Part shown: one piece after another, positions 39,364-51,200 of the stretch
How the letters are laid out: each line of letters starts with the position of its first letter
Position numbering within the stretch: the first letter of the stretch is position 1
NCBI RefSeq assembly: GCF_963921235.1
Contig: NC_086104.1
Span: 135,656,001-135,720,000 of the forward strand
Direction: 5' to 3'
From: Mobula hypostoma
Lineage: Eukaryota
Length of the DNA stretch: 64,000 bases
The notes under the pieces: generated by a model
What the model was told of the DNA's origin: nothing
Seen by the model: only the letters and a program-made list of their open reading frames with translations
Databases searched by the model: none
Made by a program: the position numbers and the translations under genes

Positions 39364-39460
39364 GTTAGCAGCTGTTCATTGCTACAAGTTACAATATCAG
39401 TGTAAGGTTCGTTTCAAAGTTGTGATTGATACATTATAATTGTTTCCTTATTTCACTGAG

Positions 39461-39772
39461 AATTGCAGTTGCATCTTTTTGGCAGCAATGCCAATTGTTC
39501 AGGAAGGTTGGAAATACTGTTCAATAACACCTAGGGCACTGCATGTGATGATTCTTGGTATATGGCAAATGTCAGTGTTGTCTGCAGGCAATTGGCCTGT
39601 GGCTCTTCCCTTTGGACACAAGCGCCGGATGACATTATTCATAGCATCGGTGATAACTGGCTGGATGAAGTGAAATGCAAAGGGAGTGAATCTCTTTTGT
39701 CCAGATGTCCTTCCTTCGCAACCCGTCAACATGACTGTGGTCACAAGGAAGATTTCTTTGTTGTTTGTTCCG
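39461..39772 (+). pseudogene. SRCR domain exon 6 with in-frame premature stop
   Basis: 312 nt, phase 1-1. Translates ELQLHLFGSNANCSGRLEILFNNT*GTACDDSWY...HDCGHKEDFFVVCS. TAG at 39532-39534 replaces the invariant Trp of the WGTVC motif. The acceptor is a weak GAG (39458-39460); donor GTCGGT at 39773. Confidence 0.9.
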
Positions 39773-39902
39773 GTCGGTATATTTGTGCAAATTTTTTGTT
39801 CTATTCAACTGATTTCTTAAATACGGAATAAGGAACGACTGAAAAATAAAATCATTAAAAAATATGAAGTGGTTGAAATTTGTCCAATAATTGTTTTCAC
39901 AG

Positions 39903-39938
39903 CAACGCCCAGACGTCCCGCTAGTTCCACCGATTCAG
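39903..39938 (+). CDS. Pro/Ser/Thr-rich stalk micro-exon (downstream of the premature stop)
   Basis: TTGTTTTCACAG acceptor; GTATTT donor at 39939; 36 nt, phase 1-1: ATPRRPASSTDS. Confidence 0.65.
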
Positions 39939-40439
39939 GTATTTGATTTTGAGGCTGTTTTTTTATTATTCCGGTTTTAATTTTGAATACTAGCAGTGAT
40001 ATTCCTTTATTACTATTTGTCAATTACAAAGGTCGCCCTGAGTGTTTAAAATATTAGCTGTAATCCTTATTGCTTCATTAAATATTTGAACAAGGTTGTT
40101 ACAAAGTTCTTAAAAAAATAATATATCCAACTCTGGTCAAATGTTTCGATGAGATTAACAGATGTGGTCATTGGGGTCATTGTCCCATTATTAACCATTC
40201 AGAAATGACTGTGAAATGGTGTTCTTATTGAACCTTTGAAGAATTACCATTACACATTTGATAAATGATTGCTGATCTTTGACCAAGTAGTAATAATTGA
40301 TTCATATGATGTGCTGCAAACTAATATTATCTTTGACTTGAAGAAAAATTGCAAGCTGTTAGTTCGTTGATATGTCAACGTGGAAACATTTTCAGCTTTA
40401 GAAGTAAGTATCAATGTCACTTTTTTTGTTGTTTATCAC

Positions 40440-41155
40440 TATTGTAATTCCATGCAAACCCATCACCATATTCCGAAACTGTGAGAAAATCCCTCCCTCT
40501 GCGGCTAGATCCTTGACCTGCCGATCAATAGACTGCAGTCTAACCACTAATACTCCACAAGATTGGGTCCTCTGCCCCTGTCCTGTTCCTTCAACATTCA
40601 AAGTCTGCATGCCCAGATTCCGCTCTCACTCCATCCACAAATCTGTGGATTATATTACCTTAGTTGGCCATATCATGATAACAATGATCAATATACAGGA
40701 AAGAGAAATGCAAGTTAAGTGCCATGGTGTAAATATAACAAACTTTCCACCAATGCGCATCTTCCTGTTTGCATCATCAGTACTGAGCAAGAGGGGGTGA
40801 AAGCTTTGAGTTCGAAGGAGCAAACATCACCAGCGGTTTATCCCGGTCCAATCATGTAGACACGACGTCTCAGAAAGCTCATCAACGCCTCTATTTCCTC
40901 AGGAGATTGTTATAGACTATTTCAAAAGGATCCCCAGAACAACACGATGTATTCTTGACCCTACATTTTATTTTGTTATGATCTTGCCCTCTATTGTTTA
41001 TTACTCGCATTTTCTCTGTAGCTGTTGCAGTTTATTCGGCATTCTATTATTGTATTTGTTTGTTGCCCTCGCCATCTAATGATGCGAGCCGTATGCACAA
41101 TATGAAAAACACAAATTTCAATGACTATATGTCGGTACATGTGACAACAATAAAA
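40440..41155 (+). mobile_element. Rex1/Babar-like LINE fragment
   Basis: FEFEGANITSGLSRSNHVDTTSQKAHQRLYFLRRL near 40805-40910; 3' UTR ending ATGTGACAACAATAAA. Confidence 0.7.
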
Positions 41156-41489
41156 TAATTCCAATTCAAGTTCCATTATGTTAACTTTTTTTTCATTTTT
41201 ATCCGTGCAGGAAGAATTGAATAATTGTTGTAATCTTTCCATCTCCCAATAGTTACTCTGATTTAATTTTCATGGTAAATATGATGTGCGGTCTGACTGT
41301 GTCGCAAGCATATTACCCAAAATTGTTGTTTTGTGCTTCTTTTTGTCGGTTGTCATTGGTAGTGAATCTATATTTTACAGGTATCTTCTGCTTTCACCGC
41401 ATTCCATCCAAAACGGTGAAGAATGTCATTGTTTTCACAATGTACCCTTGCCCACAATACTGCAGTGCAGTACTTATGTGGCAGCAGAG

Positions 41490-43620
41490 AACATAAGGAC
41501 ATAAGAATATAAGAAATAGGAGCAGGAGTAGGTCATCTGGCTCACCGAGCCTGCTCCGCCGTTTAATATGTTTATGGCTGAGTTAGCCATGGACTCACGT
41601 CCACCAACCTGCATTTTCCCCATAACGCTTAATTTCCCTAATATGCAAAATGCTATGAAACCTTGTTTTAAATATATTAACTGCGGTAGCCTCCACTGAT
41701 TCATTTGCAGATAATTCCACAGATTCGCCACTCTCTGGTTGCAGCGTAACCGCTCTATTCTTAAGTTTAATCCCTGTGGCGATGAAGGTTCACATTCTAT
41801 TTGCCTTCTTGATAGTCTGCCGCACCTGCAAATGAACTTTTTGTGATTCATGCACAAGCACTCCCAAGTCGCTCTGCACAGCAGCATGCTGCATTTTTTT
41901 TTTACATTTAAATAATAATCTGCACTTTCATTTTCCCTTCCAAAGTGGATGGCTTTGCTTTTACCAACATTGTATTCCCTCTGCCAGGAAATACCCACTC
42001 GCTCAACCTAGTCATATCTCTCTGCAGACGCTCCGTGTCTTCTGCACAATTTGCTTTTTTGCTCAATTTAGTATCAACAGCAAACACGGCAGTCAGTCCC
42101 CTCTTGCAGTTCGTAATGTATATCGTGAACATTTGCAGGCCCAACACCGACCCTTTGCAACACGGCGCTTATTACTTTTTGCCATTCAGAGTCACACCGA
42201 AGCATTCTAACGCTCCGCGTTTTATTGGTTAAGCAATCCTTTATCCATGCAAAAACTTCGCCACCGACTCTAGGGAACTTACAGAACGCCTGCTGGAAAT
42301 CCAAGTAAGTAGTTCCATCTGTTCGGGTCTATCCACTGCAGCCGTTATATCCTCAACGAACTACAGTAAGTTTGTCAAGCAGGACATGCGTTTGATGAAA
42401 CTATTCTGTGTCTGCCTGATGGATCCAAATCTTTCCAGATGCCTCACTGTTTCTTCTTCAATGATTGCTTCATGCATTTTTAAAACTACAGATGTTCAAC
42501 TAACGGGCCTATAATTGCCTGCCTTTTGCCTACATCCTTCATTGAACAGTGGCGTTACCTTTGCTATCTTCCAATCCGCCGGGACAAGCCGAGGTTCCAT
42601 ATATATGTATTTTAGATTATGAGGACACGCAGTCCTCTTTTATTGTCATTTAGTAATGCAGGCATTAAGAAATGATGCAATGTTCCTCCAGTATGATATC
42701 ACAGAAACATACGAAAACCAAGACTAAAAAAACGGAGAAAAACACATAATTATAACATATAGTTACAACAGTGCAAAGCAATACCTGCAAAGCAATACCG
42801 TAAGTGGATAATGAACAGATCATGGGCACAGTAAAACACAAAGTCTCAAAGTCTCTCGAAAGTCCCATCATCTCACGCAGAGGGTAGAAGGGAGAAGCTC
42901 TCCCTGCCATGAAACGCCAGCGCCACAAACTTGCCGATGCAGCACCCTGGAAGCACCCGACCACAGCCGAATCTTGAGTCCGTCGGAAAATTTCGGGCCT
43001 CCGACCAGCCCTCTGACATCGAGCACCGAGCACAATCTCTGCCTAACGCTGCGACACCGGCACCGGCAACAGGCAGTAGGCAAAGACGAGGATTTGGGGG
43101 CTTCCCCTCAGGAGATTCTCGATCGCACAGTAGCAGAGGCAGTGAAGCAGGCATTTCAGAAGTTTCTCCAAATGTTCCTCTGTGCTTCTAACGTCTGTCC
43201 CCCCAAATTAGGATTCTGTTCGGCCCCTACTTAACAAATATGATATCATTTTGGAGCAGCCGCGTGCGCTGACATCTTCTCCTCCACTCTCTGGTAAATT
43301 ATCGCCTAAGCTTCTACTATAACTTCTGCCATTTCTTTTGCAACTCCAGGATGTATTCCATCAGGAAAAGGGGTCTTGTCTATCTTCAGGCCCACAAGTT
43401 TGCTCAGCACTATACAAGATTTCAATTTGATGCCTTCGTTTTTCAGTTATCCAAGGCAGGCTCTGACTACCCGTACTCTCCTTGCTTTTAACTGGATTAT
43501 ACTTTGTTAAGCACCGTGAGAAATCTCTTTCAAAGTCTTCCACTGTTCCTAAACAGTCCCACCATATAGACTGTGGCTCCAACCTACATTTGCTAAAACC
43601 TCCCTTATCCCATTGTAGAA
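41490..43620 (-). mobile_element. Decayed CR1 LINE, split by retroposon copy 3
   Basis: The 3' tail (AACATAAG)n at 41490-41515; minus-strand MDFQQAF, AVDTKLS and NYRPVS remnants. Confidence 0.8.
42613..43285 (-). mobile_element. Same non-autonomous retroposon, copy 3
   Basis: Reverse complement of the same ends (TTAGATTATGAGGACACGCAGTCCTC ... CATCTTCTCCTCC). Inserted in a minus-strand CR1. Confidence 0.8.
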
Positions 43621-45066
43621 AAAGCACCAACAGAATTTAAATATGAATGCTATTCCGAGCAATACGTTATTTCCAACTTTTTCTCTGAATAACTGGAGAC
43701 CTTACACATATGTGCATTTCAGACCCAGTGATGCATTGGTGAGAGGGTCGGTGGTGATCCTTGAAGTCATCGAGCCCTTTTGCAAAACTTGCTTGGGTCG
43801 GTGATATTTCGAAAAGTTGAAATCCAGGATTGTACAGCAATGCATCGTGGAATGCACCTTGAGTTTGTTTCAACCATGTTTATCCTGAATGGCTGCGAGT
43901 TAATTTTGCACATAGCTTTAAGAGATAATTATGAAATTCGACGACTGATCAAGGACATCTTTTTGCTGCTTAATATAATTTGGAGACAAATAAGATGCGG
44001 CCTTATTACGCAGATAGTGACTGCTAGAACAACTTTAGACCAGCTTTCAACATAGTTTGGAAGCTCAGGTTGCCGTAACCACATGCGTGGAAACAGCATA
44101 CCAACCATCCGATATCTTGCATTAGGGGCAGCCGACAGTCTATCAGATGAGGATAAAGTGGAAACACTTCTGGCCTATATGGTGTGTTTTGAATTGAAGC
44201 TTACTTTTGCAAGTCCATTATGTTGCCCTCTATACTTACAGTTGCAACAACGAATGGTTGTTGTGGGTGGAGGGGAATTGGGATAGTTATGAAAAATAGT
44301 AAGTCATGGGAAACTTGGATAGGTGCACATTCTTTCGAGTATAAATTCCTCCTTTACAAAAATAAAGTATTTTTTTCTCTCAAAATGTCCTTGGATGTTT
44401 TATGTGCGTTTGTTTCTTATTACAATGGAAATGTCGGCAGTGCAGCAGATTCGGCAATTGCGCTCGAGAATGTGCACGTGCCAGCTAAATATTTCATTGT
44501 GGTAGTATTGAACTCCATTCGTCCCGTCGTAGTTTTTGTCAAGACTTGAACTTAGAACATAGCTATGCTTCATTATCTGCATTCCGCCTAGCCTGAGAAA
44601 GTGTACTCTCGATTCGACTGACTCTGAAGACTCGTGGTATTCATTTTATTCTTAATTGTTTTTTTCAGCCGCAGCGTAGGCTTCATTTTCCATTTGAGCG
44701 TTTAGTTAACGGTCCTGTTTGGCCTAGCATTTATCGTATTCTTTTCCCTTGAAACACTGCTCGCATTTAAGTCGGTGAACTATAGACTTGGTTCAGTGTC
44801 TCTCACTTCGCACTTGGGCCATATCCGCACCAGCTGACAGGAAATTGCAGCCACTTTTGTTGTTTCTAACGTCATATCAAACCAATTTATTCATCTCTGG
44901 TGCCATCCACGAAATATTTATCATCTGTCTGTACTTCATATTCTACGGGTAATTTGGAATTATGCAGAATTCTCTGAGCTTAAATTTAGCTATTACCCTT
45001 TGGAAATGTGAGGACCTAAAAATTGTAGGACCAGTTTTAAATTTATCTGCAAAATTTTCATTTAAG

Positions 45067-45106
45067 TGTACGTTGCTGTCTGCATTACCCTTGGGATTAT
45101 CTTTGT
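45067..45106 (+). pseudogene. 5' remnant of the transmembrane exon, interrupted by an LTR
   Basis: Reads VYVAVCITLGIIFV, the start of an SRCR-receptor-type TM helix, in the expected order between the stalk and the YEEI exon. The LTR terminus begins at 45107. The 5' boundary (TTTAAG acceptor at 45066) is uncertain. Confidence 0.6.
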
Positions 45107-45286
45107 TGTTGTGTTATTTATACGTACCGTGGGTTACTAATAATGAAATATCTTCTTTAAGAATAGAACATTTATTTAACAACAGCCACACGTGTCTTAC
45201 AATACCATGTTTTTTCGATATTTCTATAATTCCCGCGCATGCTCAGAACTCTTTCCGATCACGTTCTTATACGTTATATCACCACA
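45107..45286 (-). mobile_element. 3' LTR of a Gypsy-like element (180 bp)
   Basis: On the minus strand a polypurine tract AAGGAAAGGAAAA precedes TGTGGTGATAT. The other end is ATAACACAACA (9/11 inverted match). Internal AATAAA. Confidence 0.75.
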
Positions 45287-46822
45287 TTTTCCTTTCCTTA
45301 AAAAAAGAATAAAACAATTAGCAACATTGACCTCAGCAAATACATGATTTAGCATGCTTCTATCAGTTTTTCTAGGGGTTTATGACATGAGTAGACCTTC
45401 TAAGTGGTTCACACAGTTCTTGTATTTCATTATTATTTCCATGTTTTGTTTCGTCCAAATCAGTTAACTGAAACTTTGAAGTTGGCTCTTTCTGGAGGTC
45501 TTTGCGACCTCTTCGGAGCACTGCTCCTTCTTCTGTTTGGACCATGTATGATCAAGGTTGCACTTCTTCAAGTATGTAGCTTTTTGTGTCCATGTGTACA
45601 TTTTGTCTTGTATCCTAACTTCATCACTTTGGTGTAGTTCAGGTAATGGACGAGAACATCTGTCAAAGTATGTTTTCTGCTTTAGTGTATGTTCATCTTT
45701 CCATCTTTTCACTTGCTCACCTCCATCTGTTCTCAGAAGGCTCTCATCTATTGGCAGATTGGATCTCAAGCGGCATCCCATCAAGAGCTGAGCAGGTGAA
45801 AATCCACATTCAAGTATAGTATTGCGATAGGCTAACAAAGCTTTATAAAATCATCTCCACTATCGTTTGCTTTGTGCATCCTTTTCTTGATAATTCCTAC
45901 ACACGTCTCCACTAATCCATTGGACTGAGGGAAAATGGGTTAGTTGTTGTATGAACAATGCCCCATTTATAGGAAAAACGTCTCATGCATTCACCATTGA
46001 ATTGTAGACCATTGTCTGTGAAATCGTCATCAGGTACAGCATGTGTGGAAAAAAAATGATTTCATGCCTGTAATTACATTCTCTGCGGTTGTTCCGCTCA
46101 GATAACACAGTTCAGGATACAACGAGTAGTAATCTCTTATTAATAGATAATCTTTGTTGTCAGTTACAAAAACATCGACACCTACCTTCTGATAACGTTC
46201 CGAGGGATATGATGTGGATGCAGCGGCTCTTTAGGATTGCTATGTTGGTATTTAAGGCATATTTAACAAAAGGGCACCAATTCTGCAATTTCATGATCCA
46301 TCCTGGGCCAAAATATCACTTCCTGCGTCCTTCTCTTACATTTTGCGGTACCTAGGTGCTCTTCATGAATTTTCTCAAGCATTTCTTTTCGGAGACTTTT
46401 AGGAATCGCAATTCTGCTACCTTTGTACAACTTCCCATCCACAACAGAAAGTTGTGATCTGTGGTTCCAATATTCTTGTACTTCTGAGGTACAATCATGG
46501 TTCTTATCTGGCCATCCATCCATCACCACTTGTGTCACCTGACTGAGAATTTTGTCTTTCTCTGTCTCGAGACGCAGCAGTTCCAACTTTTCGGGAGCAA
46601 AAGGTACAGTCTGTATGATCATATCAATAAATGGCTGAACACCAACAGCGTCCCTGTGACTGTGTTTTGTTGTTGGATTCAGAGCTCTGGAAAGTGTGTC
46701 AGCCGTGTTTTTTGAATTCTCCAGGTCTATATGACACATTCAATACATATCTTTGCAATTTGATTATGATTCGCTGAATTCGCAAAGGACAGTCGCTTCA
46801 AGGTTTGCGAAACAATGCAGTG
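45287..46822 (-). mobile_element. Ty3/Gypsy LTR retrotransposon remnant (RNase H end, integrase zinc finger and core), 5'-truncated
   Basis: LFRKP.SDCPLRIQR..IKLQRY, ADTLSRA, IHEEHLGTAKCKRRTQEVIFWP, TDNGLQF, PQSNGLVE, LAYRNT..CGFSPAQLLMG. Confidence 0.9.
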
Positions 46823-46851
46823 TAAGGGCGAAACAACTCGTACTTAAACAG

Positions 46852-46960
46852 GTGCAGTGTTAAAAGGCGGAGATTCACCCAATACCTTTTACATAGCAAT
46901 TTATGAAGAGATTGAGACTATTCCTCACGTCAAAAAAGTTGGATAATACAGGAGATTCAG
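46852..46960 (+). pseudogene. Cytoplasmic-tail exon with YEEI motif and a +1 frameshift
   Basis: CAG acceptor ends 46851; GTGTGT donor at 46961; 109 nt (3n+1). Translates GAVLKGGDSPNTFYIAIYEEIETIPHVKKVG*. Removing one A from the A6 run at 46932-46937 restores KKLDNTGDS and a phase-1 end. Confidence 0.75.
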
Positions 46961-47099
46961 GTGTGTTTTACAAATTGTCATTGACTTCTTAAGCGATATA
47001 CACAAGGTATTAGAGGTCAACAAATACCACGAAAACTTAACAAAACATACCTCCACGATGAAATTAATATTCAGAGATAGCTAGTTATAGAATGTCCCA

Positions 47100-48240
47100 T
47101 AATAACAAGTGTGAGTGGGACTAGAGTGAGGAGTTCAACTATATCTCCTAGAGTTTTTGGCGAGGAGATGTGGAGGGTGCGCGTAGAATTTTTTCTTTTT
47201 TTTTTGAAACGTTCTGCCTTTGTTTATTGCACAGTTAGAGCAGTGATTAGGCTAGACAGGATAGTGCAAGTCTCCTGTCGCGGGCTGGGGGAAGGCAGAG
47301 AGGCATCCATTCTCCCTGTAACCGCAACTGTAAGAGGTACAGCTTACTACAGAGCGTGCTAAGAAATTGGCGATCGAATCAGATAATTATTCAGAAAGCT
47401 GAAGGGTTGATCGTTCGGGCTATCATGGAGGTAATTACAACTAAAGTGTAGGACACAATCAACAAGCCTCGGGAGAACAGCAGTGCAGGGTAGCCCTGTT
47501 GCCGTCCCCACGAGCAAAAGCAGTACCGCTTCGGGTACTGTTGGGGGATGTCCTTGCAGAAGAAAGCCAAAATGGTCAGGTCTGTTTCATTGAGCCTAGC
47601 TTGTCAGTCAGAATGGAAAGGAAGAGAAGAAGTGAGCTGCAGCGATAGGCGACTCATTGTTTAGGGAAACAGAAATTATGGTGTGTCTACGAGAATGAAA
47701 TTACGGTGAAGTATGTGCGTCAGAGCTGCCAGGGTCAAGGATACCAGGGATCATGTCCATAGCACTCTTAAGTGGGAGAGTCAACAGACAGACATCATGT
47801 TGTACTACAGCACCTATCATATTGGTAGAAAGGGCAATGTACTCCAACAAAGTGAGCTCAGGGAGTTGCATGCTAGGTTGAAGGTTACGATCTCTATGAT
47901 TTTAATCACCGGATTGCTGCCCGCGGAACATTCAAGGAGCGTTTGCTTTTGCTGCACGAAGGGGCGGGCGCAGCTGTTGGTGGTTGTGGTTTATACCATA
48001 GTGGCAGGGGAATAGGAACAGGGGCACACGTATAGGTCGTGGAGGGGTTGCACGTAGAAGATGTGAAGCTAGCATGCAAATTCAGTTAATCAAAAGTTTG
48101 AGCTTGGTGTGACTAATATTCTCAGTCGCATATACTTAATTGCAAGGATCATTGCAGGAAAGGCGTAAGAGCTTTGATCATGGGTAAGCATGTGGAACGG
48201 TGACATTTTAGCCATCAGTGAGATGTGGTTGCAGCACCAT
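47100..48240 (+). mobile_element. Decayed CR1 5' region (ORF1 remnant)
   Basis: IGDSL.R, ARVKD..D.VH.TLKWE esterase-like remnants. Confidence 0.6.
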
Positions 48241-51200
48241 ATGGTCATATAAATGTACAGCAGAGTATCAGCCGATCGGCCAGGCTAGTTCGTGCCGAAC
48301 CGTTTAAACTGTCTTTTCCCATCTATCTGCACCGAGCCATCTACCTCTATAACCGTACCAGCCACGTACACATCCAATCTTACCTTAAACGCTGAAATCC
48401 AGCACTTCCCAGACAGATCACCCCATGCTTTCAGGATCCTCTGAGTGAAGACTTTTCCCTTCATATTCGCCTTGTATATTTTACCTTCCACACTTAGCCC
48501 ATGCCCTCTAGTTGAAGTCCCAACCTATGTGGAAAGGCCTGCTTGCATTTACGCTCTCGATACCCCCATAATATTGTACAAGTCTATTAAAAGTCCACTC
48601 AATAATCCACATTCCAAGGAACAACGTTCTCACCTATCTATTTTTTTCCTTGCAACGCAGGGCCCGCGGTCCCGCCAATATCCTTGTAAATCTTCTCATA
48701 ACCCATTCAGTCTTATATACATATTTCCTGCAGTTTGATCACAACTGCACACAATGCTTCAATATAGGTCTCAAAGTCGTATGCTCCCTCTATTTATCTG
48801 CCCAGTACTGTACGCAATGCTTTGATTTATGACGGCCAATGTAGCAAAAACTATATTTCCGACCGTATCCACCGACGCCACTTTCAATGAATGTTGTACC
48901 TATATTCCCAGTTGTCTTTATTCTACAACAGTCTATTATGCTCCACCGTTCACTGTGTAAGATATGCCCTAGTTGTTCCTACCGAAGTTCAACACCTCGC
49001 ACGTCTGCATTTGAATTCATATAACCATATAAGAGTTACAGCAAGGAAACAGGCCACTTCGGCCCATCTAGTCCATGACGAACTCATACCCTCACCTAGT
49101 CCCACCGACCTGCACTAGGCTCACAACCCTCCATTCCTTTCTTGTCCATATAATTGTCCAATTTAACTTTAAACGTCAACATCGAACCTGCCTCAACCAC
49201 TTCTGCTGGAAGTTCGTTCCACACAGCTCCCACTTTCTGAGTAAAGAAGTTCCTCCTCATGTTACCACTAAACTTTTGTCATCTGACTTTCTCTCTCAAC
49301 TCATGTCCTCTTGTTTGAATCTCCCACACTCTCAATGGAAAAAAGCCGATTCACGTTAATTCTATCTATCCCCCTCATAATTTTAAATACCTCTAACAAG
49401 TCCCCCCTCAACCTTCTACGCTCCAAAGAATAAAGACCCAACTTGTTCAACCTTCTCTGTAACATAGATGATGAAACCCAGGTAACATTCTAGTAAATCT
49501 TCCCTGTACTCTCTCTAATTTGTTGACATTTTCCTATAATTCGGTGACGAAAACTGTACACAATACTCGAAATTTGGCCTCACCAATGCCTTGTACAATT
49601 TCAACAATACATCCCAACTCCCATACTCAATGCTCTGCTTTATAAAGGCCAGCATACCAAAAGCTTTCTTCACCACTCTATCCACATGAGATTCCACCTT
49701 CGGGGAACTATGCACCAATATTCCTTGATCCCTCTGTTCTACTGCACTGTTCAATGCCCTACCATTTACCATGTATGTCCTATTTTGTTCAGTCCTACCA
49801 AAATGTAGCACCTAATATTTATCAGCATTTAACTCCATCTGCCATCTTTCAGCCCACCCTTCTAACTGGCCTAAATCTCTCTGCAAGCTTTGAAAACCTA
49901 CTTTATTATCCACAACTCCACCTAACTTAGTATCATCTGCATACTTACTCATCCAATTTACCACCCCATCATCCACATCATTAATGTATATGCTAATTAA
50001 CAATGGACACAGTACAGATCCCGGAGACACACCACTAGTCACTGGCCTCAAATCTGACAAACAGTTATCCACCACCACTGTATAGCGTCTCCCATCCAGC
50101 CACGGCTGAATCCATTTTACTAGTTTAATATTAATACATAACGATTCAACCTTCCTAACTAACCTTCCATGTGGGACCTCGTCAAAGGCCTTACTGAAGT
50201 CCATAAAGACAATATCCACCGCTTTACCCTCGTCAACTTTCCTACCAACCTCTTCAAAAAATTCAATAAGATTTGTCAAACAAGACCTGCCACGTGCAAA
50301 TCCATGTTGACCGTTCCTAAAAAAGACCCTGTCTATCCAGATATTTATATATACCAACTCTAACAATACTTTCTATCAATTTACCGACCACTGACGTCAA
50401 ACGCACAGGCCGATAATTGCTAGATTTAGTCTTAGAACCCATTTTAAACAATGGAACAACATGACCAATATGCCAGTCCTCCGGCACTATCCCCGTTTCT
50501 AATGACATTTGAAATATTTCTGTCAGAGCCGCTGCTATTTCCACACTAACTTCCCTCAAGGTCCTAGGGAATATCCTGTCAGAACCCGGAGACTTATCCA
50601 CCTTTATATTCCTTAAAAGCTCCAGTACTTACTCTTCTTTAATTATCAGAGAATATCCTTCTCTTTAGTTAATATCGAAGAAAAGATATTGTTCAGAATC
50701 TCCCCCATCTCTTTTGGCTCCACACATACCGGTCCACTCTGATTCTCCAAGGCTCCAATTATATCCCTCACTATCCTTTTACAGTTAATATAACTGTAGA
50801 AAACCATGGGATTTATTTTCACCTTACTTGCCAAAGCAACCTTATAACTTCTTTTAGTTTTTTTTTTCTAATTTCTTTCTTAAGATTCATTTACATTCTT
50901 TGTATTCCTCGGGCACCTCATTTGAACCTCATTTGAACACTAATGCGCGCCAAGTTTCAGATATCCCTCGAAAAACATGGCTCCCTCAAACTTTGAACCT
51001 TTCCTTTCAACCTAACAGGAATGTAAAGATTCTGTACTCTCAAATTTTCATCTTTAAATGACCTCCATTTCTCTTTTACATTCTTCCCATAAAACAAATT
51101 GTCCCAGTCCATTCTTTCTAAATCCTTTCGCATCTCTTCAAAGATAGCCTTTCTCCGATCAAAAATATCAACCCTGGTTCCAGTCCTATCCTTCTCCATA

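Noticed and set aside
41286-41504. ORF with hydrophobic stretch IVVLCFFLSVVIG, and a possible AG/GT-bounded 35-nt micro-exon at 41381-41415
   Set aside because: No frame-compatible splice sites (35 nt is not 3n), and a better TM candidate exists at 45067.
44250-44839. Possible additional solo LTR ending TGACA
   Set aside because: The left terminus and TSD are not identifiable.
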